From Justusliebigvirus VEcB, in the sequence record OZ035773.1: a DNA stretch of 64,000 bases; one strand, 5' to 3'. Shown piece after piece: positions 17,881-25,741 of the stretch. Position numbers and translations under genes: made by a program. How positions within the stretch are numbered: the first letter of the stretch is position 1; every line of letters begins with the position of its first letter. The notes beneath the pieces were generated by a model. It was not told the DNA's origin, made no database searches, and was given only the letters and a program-made list of their open reading frames with translations.

Positions 17881-17976
17881 ATGATCAAGAAAGAAAACAG
17901 CTTGACGGTTGGAACGATTAACGCTATCATTCTTGCCGTTCCATTTTGGGTTGTAGTTGCGGTTATTATTTTTTAA
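17881..17976 (+). CDS. 31-aa hydrophobic peptide
   Basis: Hand-translated MIKKENSLTVGTINAIILAVPFWVVVAVIIF; single TM-like segment; weak SD; downstream of promoter 17725. Confidence 0.35.
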   Translation: MIKKENSLTVGTINAIILAVPFWVVVAVIIF

Positions 17977-17984
17977 AAATATTC

Positions 17985-18042
17985 TTGACAACGTTTTTTA
18001 ATCTGATAAGATGTATCACATAGGGCGGCAATAGTGCCGCTC
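17985..18042 (+). promoter_or_regulatory. promoter + 5' stem-loop cassette 1
   Basis: TTGACA, 16 nt spacer, TAAGAT; then GGGCGGC-aatagt-GCCGCTC hairpin, then SD. Confidence 0.6.
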
Positions 18043-18064
18043 ATAACAGAAGAGAGAAATAATC

Positions 18065-18337
18065 ATGGCATCATATAGCGCATCAATGATCGTAATGGGC
18101 ATCACTGGTAAACCTATGCGCGGTGGCGGATCTTTCGCTAATATTAATATTGATGGGCGTTTATCCCTGGATGCAGCGATCACCGTGGCACGGGAAACAT
18201 TTAAAAAAGAATGCAATTTCAATAAACAAGATTATCTCGGTTTCGCTATTGAAAAAACCGCGCGCTTTGTTGATTATAAAAGCCCAAAAATGGTTGATAC
18301 TACACTAAAAGCGCAAGATGTAGCGTTTTTGCTTTAA
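18065..18337 (+). CDS. hypothetical protein (90 aa)
   Basis: Track ORF behind cassette 1. Confidence 0.55.
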   Translation: MASYSASMIVMGITGKPMRGGGSFANINIDGRLSLDAAITVARETFKKECNFNKQDYLGFAIEKTARFVDYKSPKMVDTTLKAQDVAFLL

Positions 18338-18340
18338 GGC

Positions 18341-18400
18341 TTGACACTGAAAAATAATTTGGTAATATATACCACATAAGGCGGGAAATGGTTTCCCGCC
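18341..18400 (+). promoter_or_regulatory. promoter + 5' stem-loop cassette 2
   Basis: TTGACA ... TAATAT; hairpin GGCGGGAAA-tgg-TTTCCCGCC. Confidence 0.6.
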
Positions 18401-18425
18401 AGGCCATCAAAGAAAGGGTAATGCA

Positions 18426-18788
18426 ATGAGCAAGCAAATCAATAATATCATGTTAAACCTGGTATCTTTCCGCGACGACGTGAAAAATCTTCCACGTGAT
18501 GCAGTGGATGCACGTATCGAAAGCTATCGCTCACAGATCGCAACGCTACCGCTAAAACGTGATCAACATGCCGCTAATATGATGCTTAATGCTATGCTTA
18601 AAAAGATGATTCAATGTGATCTTACTCTGGCTTATGAATATGCTGGCGATCTCTTTGTAACGTATAGTAAGCCCGTTCCAGGTATGAGCACCACGGAAGA
18701 ATTGCATGCCTTAAATCTGCGACAAGATGCATGGGATAACATGCGCCGTGTTATGGTATGGGTAGAAAGCGGTAAAATTTACGAATAA
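18426..18788 (+). CDS. hypothetical protein (120 aa)
   Basis: Track ORF behind cassette 2. Confidence 0.55.
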   Translation: MSKQINNIMLNLVSFRDDVKNLPRDAVDARIESYRSQIATLPLKRDQHAANMMLNAMLKKMIQCDLTLAYEYAGDLFVTYSKPVPGMSTTEELHALNLRQDAWDNMRRVMVWVESGKIYE

Positions 18789-18794
18789 AAACGG

Positions 18795-18847
18795 TTGACA
18801 TTGCACTAAAACCTGATAAGCTATCTTAAAGCGGGAATAGTTCCCGC
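18795..18847 (+). promoter_or_regulatory. promoter + 5' stem-loop cassette 3
   Basis: TTGACA ... TAAGCT; hairpin GCGGGAA-tag-TTCCCGC. Confidence 0.55.
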
Positions 18848-18866
18848 TTACATAGGATAAAACTTT

Positions 18867-19013
18867 ATGAAACAATATGTAATGAGTATTCACACCAAAA
18901 ACGGCGCTACTGTTACGACTCCGGCACGGTTTGCACTTGTAAACCGTTGCAAGAGACTAAAACGAGAGTTAAAAAATAACCGTGCAACGGGCTTTAAACG
19001 CTGGGGAGGATAA
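18867..19013 (+). CDS. small basic protein (48 aa), below track threshold
   Basis: Hand-translated MKQYVMSIHTKNGATVTTPARFALVNRCKRLKRELKNNRATGFKRWGG; behind cassette 3. Confidence 0.45.
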   Translation: MKQYVMSIHTKNGATVTTPARFALVNRCKRLKRELKNNRATGFKRWGG

Positions 19014-19015
19014 TC

Positions 19016-19288
19016 TTGTTTTTTCTAAAAGTTTTTGATAATGTGATCGCTTTTGAACATGCTACGACGTTCAACCTGGCGAGATACGCTATCAGGTTTA
19101 AAGATAATGTTTATCCCCGTGCTGGCGGCGGTTACACTATTTTTAATCATCGTAATGCGCAAATAACAGATATAACGAATCCAGATCCTGGGGTGTATCG
19201 CATAGGCTGGCTACCGTCAAAAGACGCGGCAAGCATGTTTAAGGTGTGTAAACTACTAACAGAAGAGGCGAACGAACATGGGGCGTGA
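19016..19288 (+). CDS. hypothetical protein (90 aa), non-ATG (TTG) start
   Basis: Track ORF; SD GGGAGGA 6 nt upstream of TTG; start uncertain. Confidence 0.35.
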   Translation: MFFLKVFDNVIAFEHATTFNLARYAIRFKDNVYPRAGGGYTIFNHRNAQITDITNPDPGVYRIGWLPSKDAASMFKVCKLLTEEANEHGA

Positions 19289-19823
19289 ATATGTGATCCA
19301 GTCCTGGGTAAAGCATGACGCTAATGATCCGCGCATAATACCAGATGACATGATCGATCACATGGTAGGGTATAGCGGGGAGCAGATAGGGAATCGAGCG
19401 GCAAAGAGCAACGGCAACACAAAGGCGCGATCCGTTCGCCCTGGTTGGCTGGTAAATGGTAACGCTGACATTGCAAGCGCCGCAGATCCAAGCGATGACG
19501 CTAAAAATAATCCCTTGTATAGCATTGATCCGGCTTTTAAGGTGTTGGAAGAGTATCCCGCTAAATTAGCCGCACTAGATAAAGCATACGAAGAAAAACG
19601 GGTGGCATGGACTGTATACAACACCGCTAAAATGGTGCTAGATGCAAAATTGATTAAAGCCCAGGAGAAGATCAATAAACTTGTGACCATAGCGCAAGAG
19701 GAAGACCAGGAGGAAGAGGAAGAAATCATTCCTATCCTGGAAGAGGAAGAGATCCAGCCATACATGCCGACGGAAGAGGAAAAAAGACAAGCCTTAAAAA
19801 ATTATAAAAATTGTATTGTGTAA
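19278..19823 (+). CDS. hypothetical protein (181 aa) with acidic C-terminal tail
   Basis: Track ORF; SD GAGGCGAA; Glu-rich tail. Confidence 0.5.
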   Translation: MGREYVIQSWVKHDANDPRIIPDDMIDHMVGYSGEQIGNRAAKSNGNTKARSVRPGWLVNGNADIASAADPSDDAKNNPLYSIDPAFKVLEEYPAKLAALDKAYEEKRVAWTVYNTAKMVLDAKLIKAQEKINKLVTIAQEEDQEEEEEIIPILEEEEIQPYMPTEEEKRQALKNYKNCIV

Positions 19824-19826
19824 GGC

Positions 19827-19855
19827 TTGACATATGCAAACAAGCCCCGTAATAT
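19827..19855 (+). promoter_or_regulatory. sigma70-like promoter with degenerate downstream stem-loop
   Basis: TTGACA, 17 nt spacer, TAATAT; followed by ACATAGAGCGGGGCAACGCCTC, resembling cassette leaders but imperfect. Confidence 0.4.
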
Positions 19856-19903
19856 ATACCACATAGAGCGGGGCAACGCCTCAAAGGTGAAATAAAAAAT
19901 CAC

Positions 19904-19931
19904 TTGACACCTGAAATCAGTAAGCTATAAT
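19904..19931 (+). promoter_or_regulatory. consensus sigma70 promoter
   Basis: TTGACA, 16 nt spacer, TATAAT (perfect hexamers). Confidence 0.6.
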
Positions 19932-19968
19932 GCTTATATAAATTAAAGCGTTACTAAGGAATAAAATC

Positions 19969-20334
19969 ATGGCTAAAAATATCAATGTCTCTGCTTATGC
20001 TACCCTGGCTAACACTGCTAAAATTGAACTATCCAGCATTGAAGCGGTACATATTAGCGCCCGTCGCTGGTTTCAAAAGTCTTATGGTAATACTTATTTC
20101 TCTTTGATGGTTGACGTTGAGATCGGCGGTAAACTGATTGAGGTCGTTAACGTTCCGTTTCAATATGGTTATGGTGATCATTTTGATACCGTTGCCCTAG
20201 AAGAGTTTAGCAAGGTTATCAACCTGGAAGGTAAAGACTTTTCAAATTATGCTTACCTTTCCCGTTTTTGCCGTGATAATGGGATCGCTGTATACAGTCA
20301 TGCAAGCGATGTTAAACGTAAAAAAGATTTATAA
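19969..20334 (+). CDS. hypothetical protein (121 aa)
   Basis: Track ORF; SD TAAGGAA. Confidence 0.55.
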   Translation: MAKNINVSAYATLANTAKIELSSIEAVHISARRWFQKSYGNTYFSLMVDVEIGGKLIEVVNVPFQYGYGDHFDTVALEEFSKVINLEGKDFSNYAYLSRFCRDNGIAVYSHASDVKRKKDL

Positions 20335-20340
20335 AAAGTA

Positions 20341-20403
20341 TTGACAGCACGAATAAAAAGCGTAAAATGTTTTATATCAGGACGGGGGAACGGTTTCCCC
20401 TCC
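20341..20403 (+). promoter_or_regulatory. promoter + 5' stem-loop cassette 4
   Basis: TTGACA ... TAAAAT; hairpin GGGGGAA-cgg-TTTCCCC. Confidence 0.55.
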
Positions 20404-20423
20404 TAACAAAGAGAGAAATAAAA

Positions 20424-20606
20424 ATGGCTAAATGCACTATCTGTAAGAAAGAAATAGTATTAGTTCCAAGTGCCCGTGAACGTGCCGCTAAGTTTGGTGG
20501 CAAACCGTCAGACTATACGAAAATGTTTACTACCCATGCAGCTTGTCAAGTAGCAAAACGTTCAGAAGAAAGCGTAAAATTAATGCGTAAACTTTCCAAA
20601 AAATAA
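20424..20606 (+). CDS. small basic protein (60 aa) with Cys pair
   Basis: From ATG 20424: MAKCTICKKEIV...HAACQV; track ORF extends upstream through the hairpin. Confidence 0.5.
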   Translation: MAKCTICKKEIVLVPSARERAAKFGGKPSDYTKMFTTHAACQVAKRSEESVKLMRKLSKK

Positions 20607-20608
20607 TA

Positions 20609-20667
20609 TTGACAAAGTATTTTATTACTATATAATGGTTTACATCGAGAGCGGGAATAGTTCCCGC
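20609..20667 (+). promoter_or_regulatory. promoter + 5' stem-loop cassette 5
   Basis: TTGACA, 16 nt spacer, TATAAT; hairpin GCGGGAA-tag-TTCCCGC. Confidence 0.6.
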
Positions 20668-20691
20668 CTCACTGAAAAAGAGATTAACATC

Positions 20692-20931
20692 ATGGCTAAA
20701 TCTAAAATGTACAACGGTCACAAAAACAAAACTCATTGGAATGTAAGCCTTTGGATCAACAACGATGAAGGTTTTTATAATCTTGCGCGTGAATTTATCG
20801 CAGCTAACACCAATAAGAATGACGCAGCGCGGGATATGATGTTATTTCTTGAAAGTATGGATCAAGATAAAACGCCAGACGGTTACAAGTTCAGTAAAAC
20901 TGCAATCCGTGCCGCTATGGTTGGAATGTAA
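20692..20931 (+). CDS. hypothetical protein (79 aa)
   Basis: From ATG 20692 (MAKSKMYNGH...) behind cassette 5. Confidence 0.5.
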   Translation: MAKSKMYNGHKNKTHWNVSLWINNDEGFYNLAREFIAANTNKNDAARDMMLFLESMDQDKTPDGYKFSKTAIRAAMVGM

Positions 20932-21026
20932 AGGAGACATAAAAATGAAACATCGTTCGACCTATCTGACAAAACGTTTTAGCTTAGATCATAAATTAGG
21001 CTATTACGGAAGAAATAGAAAATAAT

Positions 21027-21086
21027 TTGACAACGTTTAAAATTAGTGTAAGATGTATCACGTAGGGCGGGAAATGGTTTCCCGCC
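21027..21086 (+). promoter_or_regulatory. promoter + 5' stem-loop cassette 6
   Basis: TTGACA ... TAAGAT; hairpin GGCGGGAAA-tgg-TTTCCCGCC. Confidence 0.6.
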
Positions 21087-21108
21087 AAATCAAAGAAAGG
21101 TTATCATT

Positions 21109-21336
21109 ATGGCTATCGTTATTGTTCGCGTATCCGGTACGGTTGGGATCTCCCAGGTAGTAGCAGTTATCACCGAGAAGAAAGGGGATGATCTTCACTC
21201 CTCCTTGAATAGCTGGGCGGTCGCTAACTTTGGGCAATGGTCGAGCGTTGAGTACATCGAAGCCTACCAGGTGCCAACGATTAGCCTAACCGATCTAAAT
21301 GTTGATCGCTTGTTGTGCCTGGATGGATTAAACTAA
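21109..21336 (+). CDS. hypothetical protein (75 aa)
   Basis: Track ORF behind cassette 6. Confidence 0.5.
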   Translation: MAIVIVRVSGTVGISQVVAVITEKKGDDLHSSLNSWAVANFGQWSSVEYIEAYQVPTISLTDLNVDRLLCLDGLN

Positions 21337-21344
21337 AAATAATC

Positions 21345-21402
21345 TTGACAAGATAACTAAAATCAGTAAAATGTAATGCATAGGGCGGCAATAGTGCCGC
21401 CC
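21345..21402 (+). promoter_or_regulatory. promoter + 5' stem-loop cassette 7
   Basis: TTGACA, 16 nt spacer, TAAAAT; hairpin GGGCGGCA-atag-TGCCGCCC. Confidence 0.6.
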
Positions 21403-21423
21403 CTAGTGAGAGAGATTATCAAA

Positions 21424-21639
21424 ATGGCTAATATCCGCACCTTGTTAAAAAATGCAAAGCAAGTTTTATTTTCAGATGACGAATATTTTAATAAAGATAT
21501 TACAGGCGTGAAAAATCTTAAAGATGTGAAAGATGTGATAGGTATTCGCGGATCTTTACGTAAAGGTGACACATACGGTAACAAGGTGCAATATAAATTA
21601 GATCAGTTTTATGATTTTACTTTGACAATTATTTCATAA
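21424..21639 (+). CDS. hypothetical protein (71 aa)
   Basis: From ATG 21424 (MANIRTLL...) behind cassette 7. Confidence 0.5.
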   Translation: MANIRTLLKNAKQVLFSDDEYFNKDITGVKNLKDVKDVIGIRGSLRKGDTYGNKVQYKLDQFYDFTLTIIS

Positions 21640-21684
21640 AACTACTTGCAAACCTGGTAAAATAAAGTAAACTATATTCATTAA

Positions 21685-21706
21685 GGCGGTGGAATAGCCC
21701 ACCGCC
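21685..21706 (+). promoter_or_regulatory. 5' stem-loop of cassette 8 (promoter hexamers unclear)
   Basis: Hairpin GGCGGTGG-aatag-CCACCGCC immediately before SD. Confidence 0.45.
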
Positions 21707-21729
21707 TAACAAAGAGAAGAGGAAACATC

Positions 21730-21900
21730 ATGATCACTTTCGCTACCCGTGAAGCCGCTCGCAACGTTGCACGTAAAGTTAACGCCGCCAACCTGGGCGC
21801 TACGCTTAAAGCCCCGGTGAAAGATGAATCAGGAAAATGGATCTTTCCTGGTCTGCGTCACGCTGATAAGCTGGGAACATTAACGTTAAAAAATAAATAA
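21730..21900 (+). CDS. small protein (56 aa), below track threshold
   Basis: Hand-translated MITFATREAARNVARKVNAANLGATLKAPVKDESGKWIFPGLRHADKLGTLTLKNK; SD GAGAAGAGGAAA. Confidence 0.45.
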   Translation: MITFATREAARNVARKVNAANLGATLKAPVKDESGKWIFPGLRHADKLGTLTLKNK

Positions 21901-21907
21901 TATTCGC

Positions 21908-21966
21908 TTGACAGTAGCATCATTTATAAGTAAAGTAACAACAACGGCGGGAAATGGTTTCCCGCC
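21908..21966 (+). promoter_or_regulatory. promoter + 5' stem-loop cassette 9
   Basis: TTGACA ... TAAAGT; hairpin GGCGGGAAA-tgg-TTTCCCGCC. Confidence 0.55.
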
Positions 21967-21986
21967 ATCAATAAAGAGATAAGATT

Positions 21987-22346
21987 ATGAAATCAGTAAA
22001 AGCAATTAAAACTTACATTGTGTCGGCTATTTCTTTTGATGGTACTACAACCGAAAAAGAAAAAATCACCGAACTGATGCGCCGTTTTAACTCTGAATAC
22101 TGGTATCAATCTAATCGTGATCGTTATAATAACAATATGGTACAAGCTGTTAAAAGCTGGTTACAAGGTTTACCGTCAGACATCAATATCGCTTTTAATT
22201 ATAACGAGATCGATCAATTATTAATTGAATGGAAGTACATAAAAGAAACAAGCAAAGAAACAACCGTTACCCGTGAGCGGGAAAATTATTGGTTATATAT
22301 TGCAAGCATGATCGTAACTTTGGCAAAATATCATAACGTAGCGTAA
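21987..22346 (+). CDS. hypothetical protein (119 aa)
   Basis: Track ORF behind cassette 9. Confidence 0.55.
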   Translation: MKSVKAIKTYIVSAISFDGTTTEKEKITELMRRFNSEYWYQSNRDRYNNNMVQAVKSWLQGLPSDINIAFNYNEIDQLLIEWKYIKETSKETTVTRERENYWLYIASMIVTLAKYHNVA

Positions 22347-22360
22347 TCGAGAGGAAAAAC

Positions 22361-22498
22361 ATGAACGCATCACAGCAGATCGAAAAATTCAACCGCAACA
22401 AAGCGCGTAAAGATTGGAACGAAGAGATCACCAAAAAAGGCGACAAGCGGAACAAAACAAAAAGAGATCGCAGCACAAAAAGATACTGGAACGAATAA
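22361..22498 (+). CDS. small highly basic protein (45 aa), below track threshold
   Basis: Hand-translated MNASQQIEKFNRNKARKDWNEEITKKGDKRNKTKRDRSTKRYWNE; SD GAGAGGAAAAAC; followed by terminator. Confidence 0.45.
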   Translation: MNASQQIEKFNRNKARKDWNEEITKKGDKRNKTKRDRSTKRYWNE

Positions 22499-22502
22499 CA
22501 AA

Positions 22503-22527
22503 AAAGGGCGCAATAAGCGCCCTTTTA
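22503..22527 (+). terminator. rho-independent terminator
   Basis: GGGCGC-aataa-GCGCCC followed by TTTT. Confidence 0.6.
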
Positions 22528-22616
22528 GCTTATATAGAGGCTTGTTACCCATAGGCAATGGTAACGCCAGGATAAGCCTATAAACCACGTTAGACAGCTT
22601 TACAGGAGCTTTAAAA

Positions 22617-22799
22617 ATGAAATTAGAAGAAATAAGCAAGGCACTAGCCCAGGGGCAAAGGTTAAACGCCCGTTATCGTGATCAATATGGCTTCATAACC
22701 AGCGGCGTGATCCTGGGGATTGAAGGCAATAAGATTTTTATTGACACGTTGAAAAACGTTGTATATAGTGACAATATAATCTCAATAAAACATATATGA
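22617..22799 (+). CDS. hypothetical protein (60 aa)
   Basis: Track ORF; SD ACAGGAG. Confidence 0.45.
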   Translation: MKLEEISKALAQGQRLNARYRDQYGFITSGVILGIEGNKIFIDTLKNVVYSDNIISIKHI

Positions 22800-22807
22800 G
22801 GCAAGAA

Positions 22808-23209
22808 ATGAAAAAATTATTGATCGCTGGTTTAATCTCTTTTGGCATGGTTGGAACATCTAGCGCGGCGATATCCTCCACAGTAGCAGAATTAAGCGCC
22901 GTTGATGCAATGGAAAACGTCATGATCATTAATAATGCGATCCCCGATGAAATCATGGAGGATTCACACATGATCGCTTATGGTGCTGTTACACAACTAA
23001 CGGCAAAAATAGATAAATCTATTGTTAATGGCTTAAATGAAGATGTACCATGTGAAATTATTACCAGTGTGCTGACTACTCAAAATTTTACGCCGTGGCT
23101 AAAAAGTATTCAAAAGGTGCATAGTGCAGCCGCAGATCGTAGCAATGAAAAACTAGTGTCAGCACTTGCAACGTATACCCTGGCAAAATGCACTGAAATA
23201 AAAGATTGA
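22808..23209 (+). CDS. secreted/periplasmic protein with signal peptide
   Basis: From ATG 22808: MKKLLIAGLISFGMVGTSSAA|ISS; track ORF has 4 extra codons. Confidence 0.5.
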   Translation: MKKLLIAGLISFGMVGTSSAAISSTVAELSAVDAMENVMIINNAIPDEIMEDSHMIAYGAVTQLTAKIDKSIVNGLNEDVPCEIITSVLTTQNFTPWLKSIQKVHSAAADRSNEKLVSALATYTLAKCTEIKD

Positions 23210-23234
23210 CAACATAGAAAGCACGTTATAAGAT
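23206..23234 (+). promoter_or_regulatory. sigma70-like promoter
   Basis: TTGACA, 17 nt spacer, TAAGAT. Confidence 0.5.
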
Positions 23235-23256
23235 ACACACAACAAAGGAGAACTAC

Positions 23257-23559
23257 ATGAACGGCATAGCTAAAACGTTTTTTCTTTTTTCTGGTGTAAA
23301 TGATCCATCAATAAAAGTCGATAGTGTAAAAGAAAACAATACTATCACCGCTAAATTGTTTCAAGATGAAACAAATAACGTGCTAATCATTAATCTTAAA
23401 GAAATAACTAAAGGTTATTATACTATTGCTTACCATGCGATCTATCATGCTGGTACTAGCGAGGAAGTGCAAACAAGCAACAACGAAAGCGCGGCGCTAC
23501 CTGGTGATCTGGTGCTGGGCGTTATCAGTTTAATTGTCAATGATTTTTTTAAGGAGTAA
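23257..23559 (+). CDS. hypothetical protein (100 aa)
   Basis: Track ORF; SD AAAGGAGAA. Confidence 0.55.
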   Translation: MNGIAKTFFLFSGVNDPSIKVDSVKENNTITAKLFQDETNNVLIINLKEITKGYYTIAYHAIYHAGTSEEVQTSNNESAALPGDLVLGVISLIVNDFFKE

Positions 23560-23563
23560 AACC

Positions 23564-23659
23564 ATGCCCTATTTACATTTATTTTTCGGGATCTTATTGT
23601 CAGGATCTTTTTTCTTCTGTATACTTGTTTCTATTGTAAACCACGTTTTAAGACATTAA
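23564..23659 (+). CDS. 31-aa hydrophobic peptide
   Basis: Hand-translated MPYLHLFFGILLSGSFFFCILVSIVNHVLRH; strong SD AAGGAG. Confidence 0.4.
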   Translation: MPYLHLFFGILLSGSFFFCILVSIVNHVLRH

Positions 23660-23668
23660 GGAAACAGC

Positions 23669-23788
23669 ATGAAAATTATTCCCGTACAATATAGCGTAAT
23701 AAATCCAGCATACGAGGAAGGAAGGAAAACAAGCATGGCTTTATGTTATATTGCTACTATAGCCATGTTGTTATATATTGTGTTTTAA
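23669..23788 (+). CDS. 39-aa peptide with hydrophobic C-terminus (alternative internal start gives 17-aa MALCYIATIAMLLYIVF)
   Basis: Hand-translated MKIIPVQYSVINPAYEEGRKTSMALCYIATIAMLLYIVF; SD AAGGAAAC; internal ATG 23735 has SD GAGGAAGGAAGG. Confidence 0.35.
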   Translation: MKIIPVQYSVINPAYEEGRKTSMALCYIATIAMLLYIVF

Positions 23789-23817
23789 TAGGTTTTATAG
23801 TTGTACGCTTTAAAGGC

Positions 23818-23845
23818 TTGACAATTTTTTGTTATGCTTTAAACT
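23818..23845 (+). promoter_or_regulatory. sigma70-like promoter
   Basis: TTGACA, ~16 nt spacer, TAAACT. Confidence 0.4.
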
Positions 23846-23888
23846 ATATCTTGAAAACGGCAAAGGCCGCAAACAAAAGGGTAAAATT

Positions 23889-24212
23889 ATGAAATCTGTG
23901 ATCGGTGTTTATTTGGATAACTCTGATTTTTTCTATCATCGCGCTCGTTTCCTTGATGCGATTGAAATGATAGAATCAGGCTTTAAAGAGTATCGCCTTG
24001 CACATGATGACCTAGAAGCATTACAGGGCAATAGTGTTTTTACATTGCAAGCGAAAGCACTATGCAAAAGCCGGATCGACATTGCGAGCAAAAAGATAGA
24101 ACGCGGCATGTCCTGGTTACGCACCGCAGAAATCAACATGGGGCAATGGTACGGCGAAAACTTAGAAAATAAACTCACTTTTGTAAATGTAGAAAATATT
24201 AAAGATTATTGA
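23889..24212 (+). CDS. hypothetical protein (107 aa)
   Basis: From ATG 23889 (MKSVIGVYLD...); SD AAAAGGG. Confidence 0.5.
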   Translation: MKSVIGVYLDNSDFFYHRARFLDAIEMIESGFKEYRLAHDDLEALQGNSVFTLQAKALCKSRIDIASKKIERGMSWLRTAEINMGQWYGENLENKLTFVNVENIKDY

Positions 24213-24274
24213 TTGACAGCACACCTGATAAGGAGTATATTGTATCTCATAGAGCGGGGAAATGGTTTCCCCGC
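24213..24274 (+). promoter_or_regulatory. promoter + 5' stem-loop cassette 10
   Basis: TTGACA, 17 nt spacer, TATATT; hairpin GCGGGGAAA-tgg-TTTCCCCGC. Confidence 0.6.
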
Positions 24275-24294
24275 CTTAACAGAAGAGATAAGAT

Positions 24295-24579
24295 ATGAAG
24301 ATCACAAAAGCACTTTCCAACTATGCAGCACGTCGCGGATTATGCTTATCCGTTGAAAACTTAGGGAAAGAAGATTTTTTGTGCTTTTGGGAGCTTGAGA
24401 ATGATAATGAGTGGATCTTCTCTTATTCTATCTGCGAAGATCAAAACGGTTGTTTATTAACCTGGCGCGGTAATATCTATCTACCGGAAGAAATCAAAGA
24501 AGAATTGCCAGGCACGATCATGACTGAGAAACAGCTTAAGGAAGTGATTAATTTTGTAGGGCAAAACATTAAAAAATAA
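24295..24579 (+). CDS. hypothetical protein (94 aa)
   Basis: Track ORF behind cassette 10. Confidence 0.55.
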   Translation: MKITKALSNYAARRGLCLSVENLGKEDFLCFWELENDNEWIFSYSICEDQNGCLLTWRGNIYLPEEIKEELPGTIMTEKQLKEVINFVGQNIKK

Positions 24580-24580
24580 T

Positions 24581-24639
24581 TTGACACTAGGCAAACAACG
24601 TAGTAAAGTTTATCACATAGGGCGGCAATAGTGCCGCTC
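24581..24639 (+). promoter_or_regulatory. promoter + 5' stem-loop cassette 11
   Basis: TTGACA, 17 nt spacer, TAAAGT; hairpin GGGCGGC-aatagt-GCCGCTC (near-identical to cassette 1). Confidence 0.6.
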
Positions 24640-24660
24640 ATAACAGAAGAGAAACAAATC

Positions 24661-24831
24661 ATGATCCCAACTATGTTTTATGTATCGCGCAAAGGTCACA
24701 ATATTTTTTGGTCTGAAGATTTAAATGAAGCCATGACGTTTGCCCGTGATCGTGTTGCTATTGGTGGCGTTAATATCACCGTAACCGATGAAAACGGCAT
24801 TGAATACTATAACGGCGACGATGAAGAGTAA
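24661..24831 (+). CDS. hypothetical protein (56 aa)
   Basis: From ATG 24661 (MIPTMFYVSRKGHNIFW...) behind cassette 11. Confidence 0.5.
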   Translation: MIPTMFYVSRKGHNIFWSEDLNEAMTFARDRVAIGGVNITVTDENGIEYYNGDDEE

Positions 24832-24838
24832 TTAATGA

Positions 24839-24859
24839 GGCGGGGGAGTATTCCCCGCC
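24839..24859 (+). promoter_or_regulatory. 5' stem-loop of cassette 12 (no clear promoter)
   Basis: Hairpin GGCGGGGG-agtat-TCCCCGCC before SD. Confidence 0.45.
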
Positions 24860-24878
24860 GTCAATAAAGAGGTAAATC

Positions 24879-25148
24879 ATGAAAATATCTTTGGACGTTG
24901 CAATCAAGGCCATCGAATCCGGTTACACCCTGGTAAAAGATGATAAGGCTAAAATAGTGCATCATGTTAACAAGGAAACAGGCGAAAGCATGATCACATA
25001 TAAAGCCGCCTACTTTCTCCAATCAGTAGCAGATCCGCGCGTACAGCGCCAGGTCACGGCGGCTATTGCTAAAAAATTATGTGCTTTACAGGGCACAAGT
25101 TTTAACGAGATCGCCCCGTGTTTTGACTGGTCGAGCTTGAAAAAATAG
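24879..25148 (+). CDS. hypothetical protein (89 aa)
   Basis: Track ORF; SD AAAGAGG. Confidence 0.55.
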   Translation: MKISLDVAIKAIESGYTLVKDDKAKIVHHVNKETGESMITYKAAYFLQSVADPRVQRQVTAAIAKKLCALQGTSFNEIAPCFDWSSLKK

Positions 25149-25149
25149 T

Positions 25150-25211
25150 TTGATAATACGCGGTTATCTGGTAAAGTGTACGACATAGGGCGGGGCAATA
25201 AGGCAACGCCC
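25150..25211 (+). promoter_or_regulatory. promoter + imperfect 5' stem-loop, cassette 13
   Basis: TTGATA ... TAAAGT; GGGCG...CGCCC stem with larger loop. Confidence 0.4.
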
Positions 25212-25230
25212 ATTAATGAGGGGTAGAATC

Positions 25231-25335
25231 ATGTTAGAGAAAATTTTCACGGTTGTAATAGTGGGCCTGGCGTTATCGGTTGGATTGGTTGCAACTATGG
25301 CTAACATGATCCTATCTTCCCACGGTATCGGCTAA
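25231..25335 (+). CDS. 34-aa hydrophobic peptide
   Basis: Hand-translated MLEKIFTVVIVGLALSVGLVATMANMILSSHGIG; SD GAGGGG. Confidence 0.4.
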   Translation: MLEKIFTVVIVGLALSVGLVATMANMILSSHGIG

Positions 25336-25349
25336 AAGAGAAACACAAC

Positions 25350-25736
25350 ATGAAAACAGAAATCATTATTGAAATCATCAACGGTTATAAAGAAGCCTTT
25401 ATTTTTGCCGAACCAGCGACGGATCACAATGGGGAATATATTGAGAATCTAGACGATTATGATTTTTCTCCTAGCGCCCTGAAACGTATTACCAGCGATG
25501 TGACCGCCTTTTGTGATGCCAATGATGCCGCTATCTCTGAGGCAATGAGCGACGGCGCTACAGCAAACCAGATCGGGAATGATTTACATTTTACCAGTAA
25601 CGGTCACGGCGTAGGTTTTTGGGATCGCCCTGAAATATACACTACTAACACCGCCAACCGTTTAACTGATGCAGCTAAATTAATGCCATTGGTGCATGCT
25701 TACATTGGTGAAGATAATTTGATTTATATTGACTAA
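25350..25736 (+). CDS. hypothetical acidic protein (128 aa)
   Basis: Track ORF. Confidence 0.55.
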   Translation: MKTEIIIEIINGYKEAFIFAEPATDHNGEYIENLDDYDFSPSALKRITSDVTAFCDANDAAISEAMSDGATANQIGNDLHFTSNGHGVGFWDRPEIYTTNTANRLTDAAKLMPLVHAYIGEDNLIYID

Positions 25737-25741
25737 AAGTG

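Noticed and set aside
17201-17991. Track ORFs 17201-17449, 17607-17855 and 17713-17991 in the GC-rich islet
   Set aside because: They overlap each other, use non-ATG starts and lack RBS; GC-rich sequence gives long open frames by chance.
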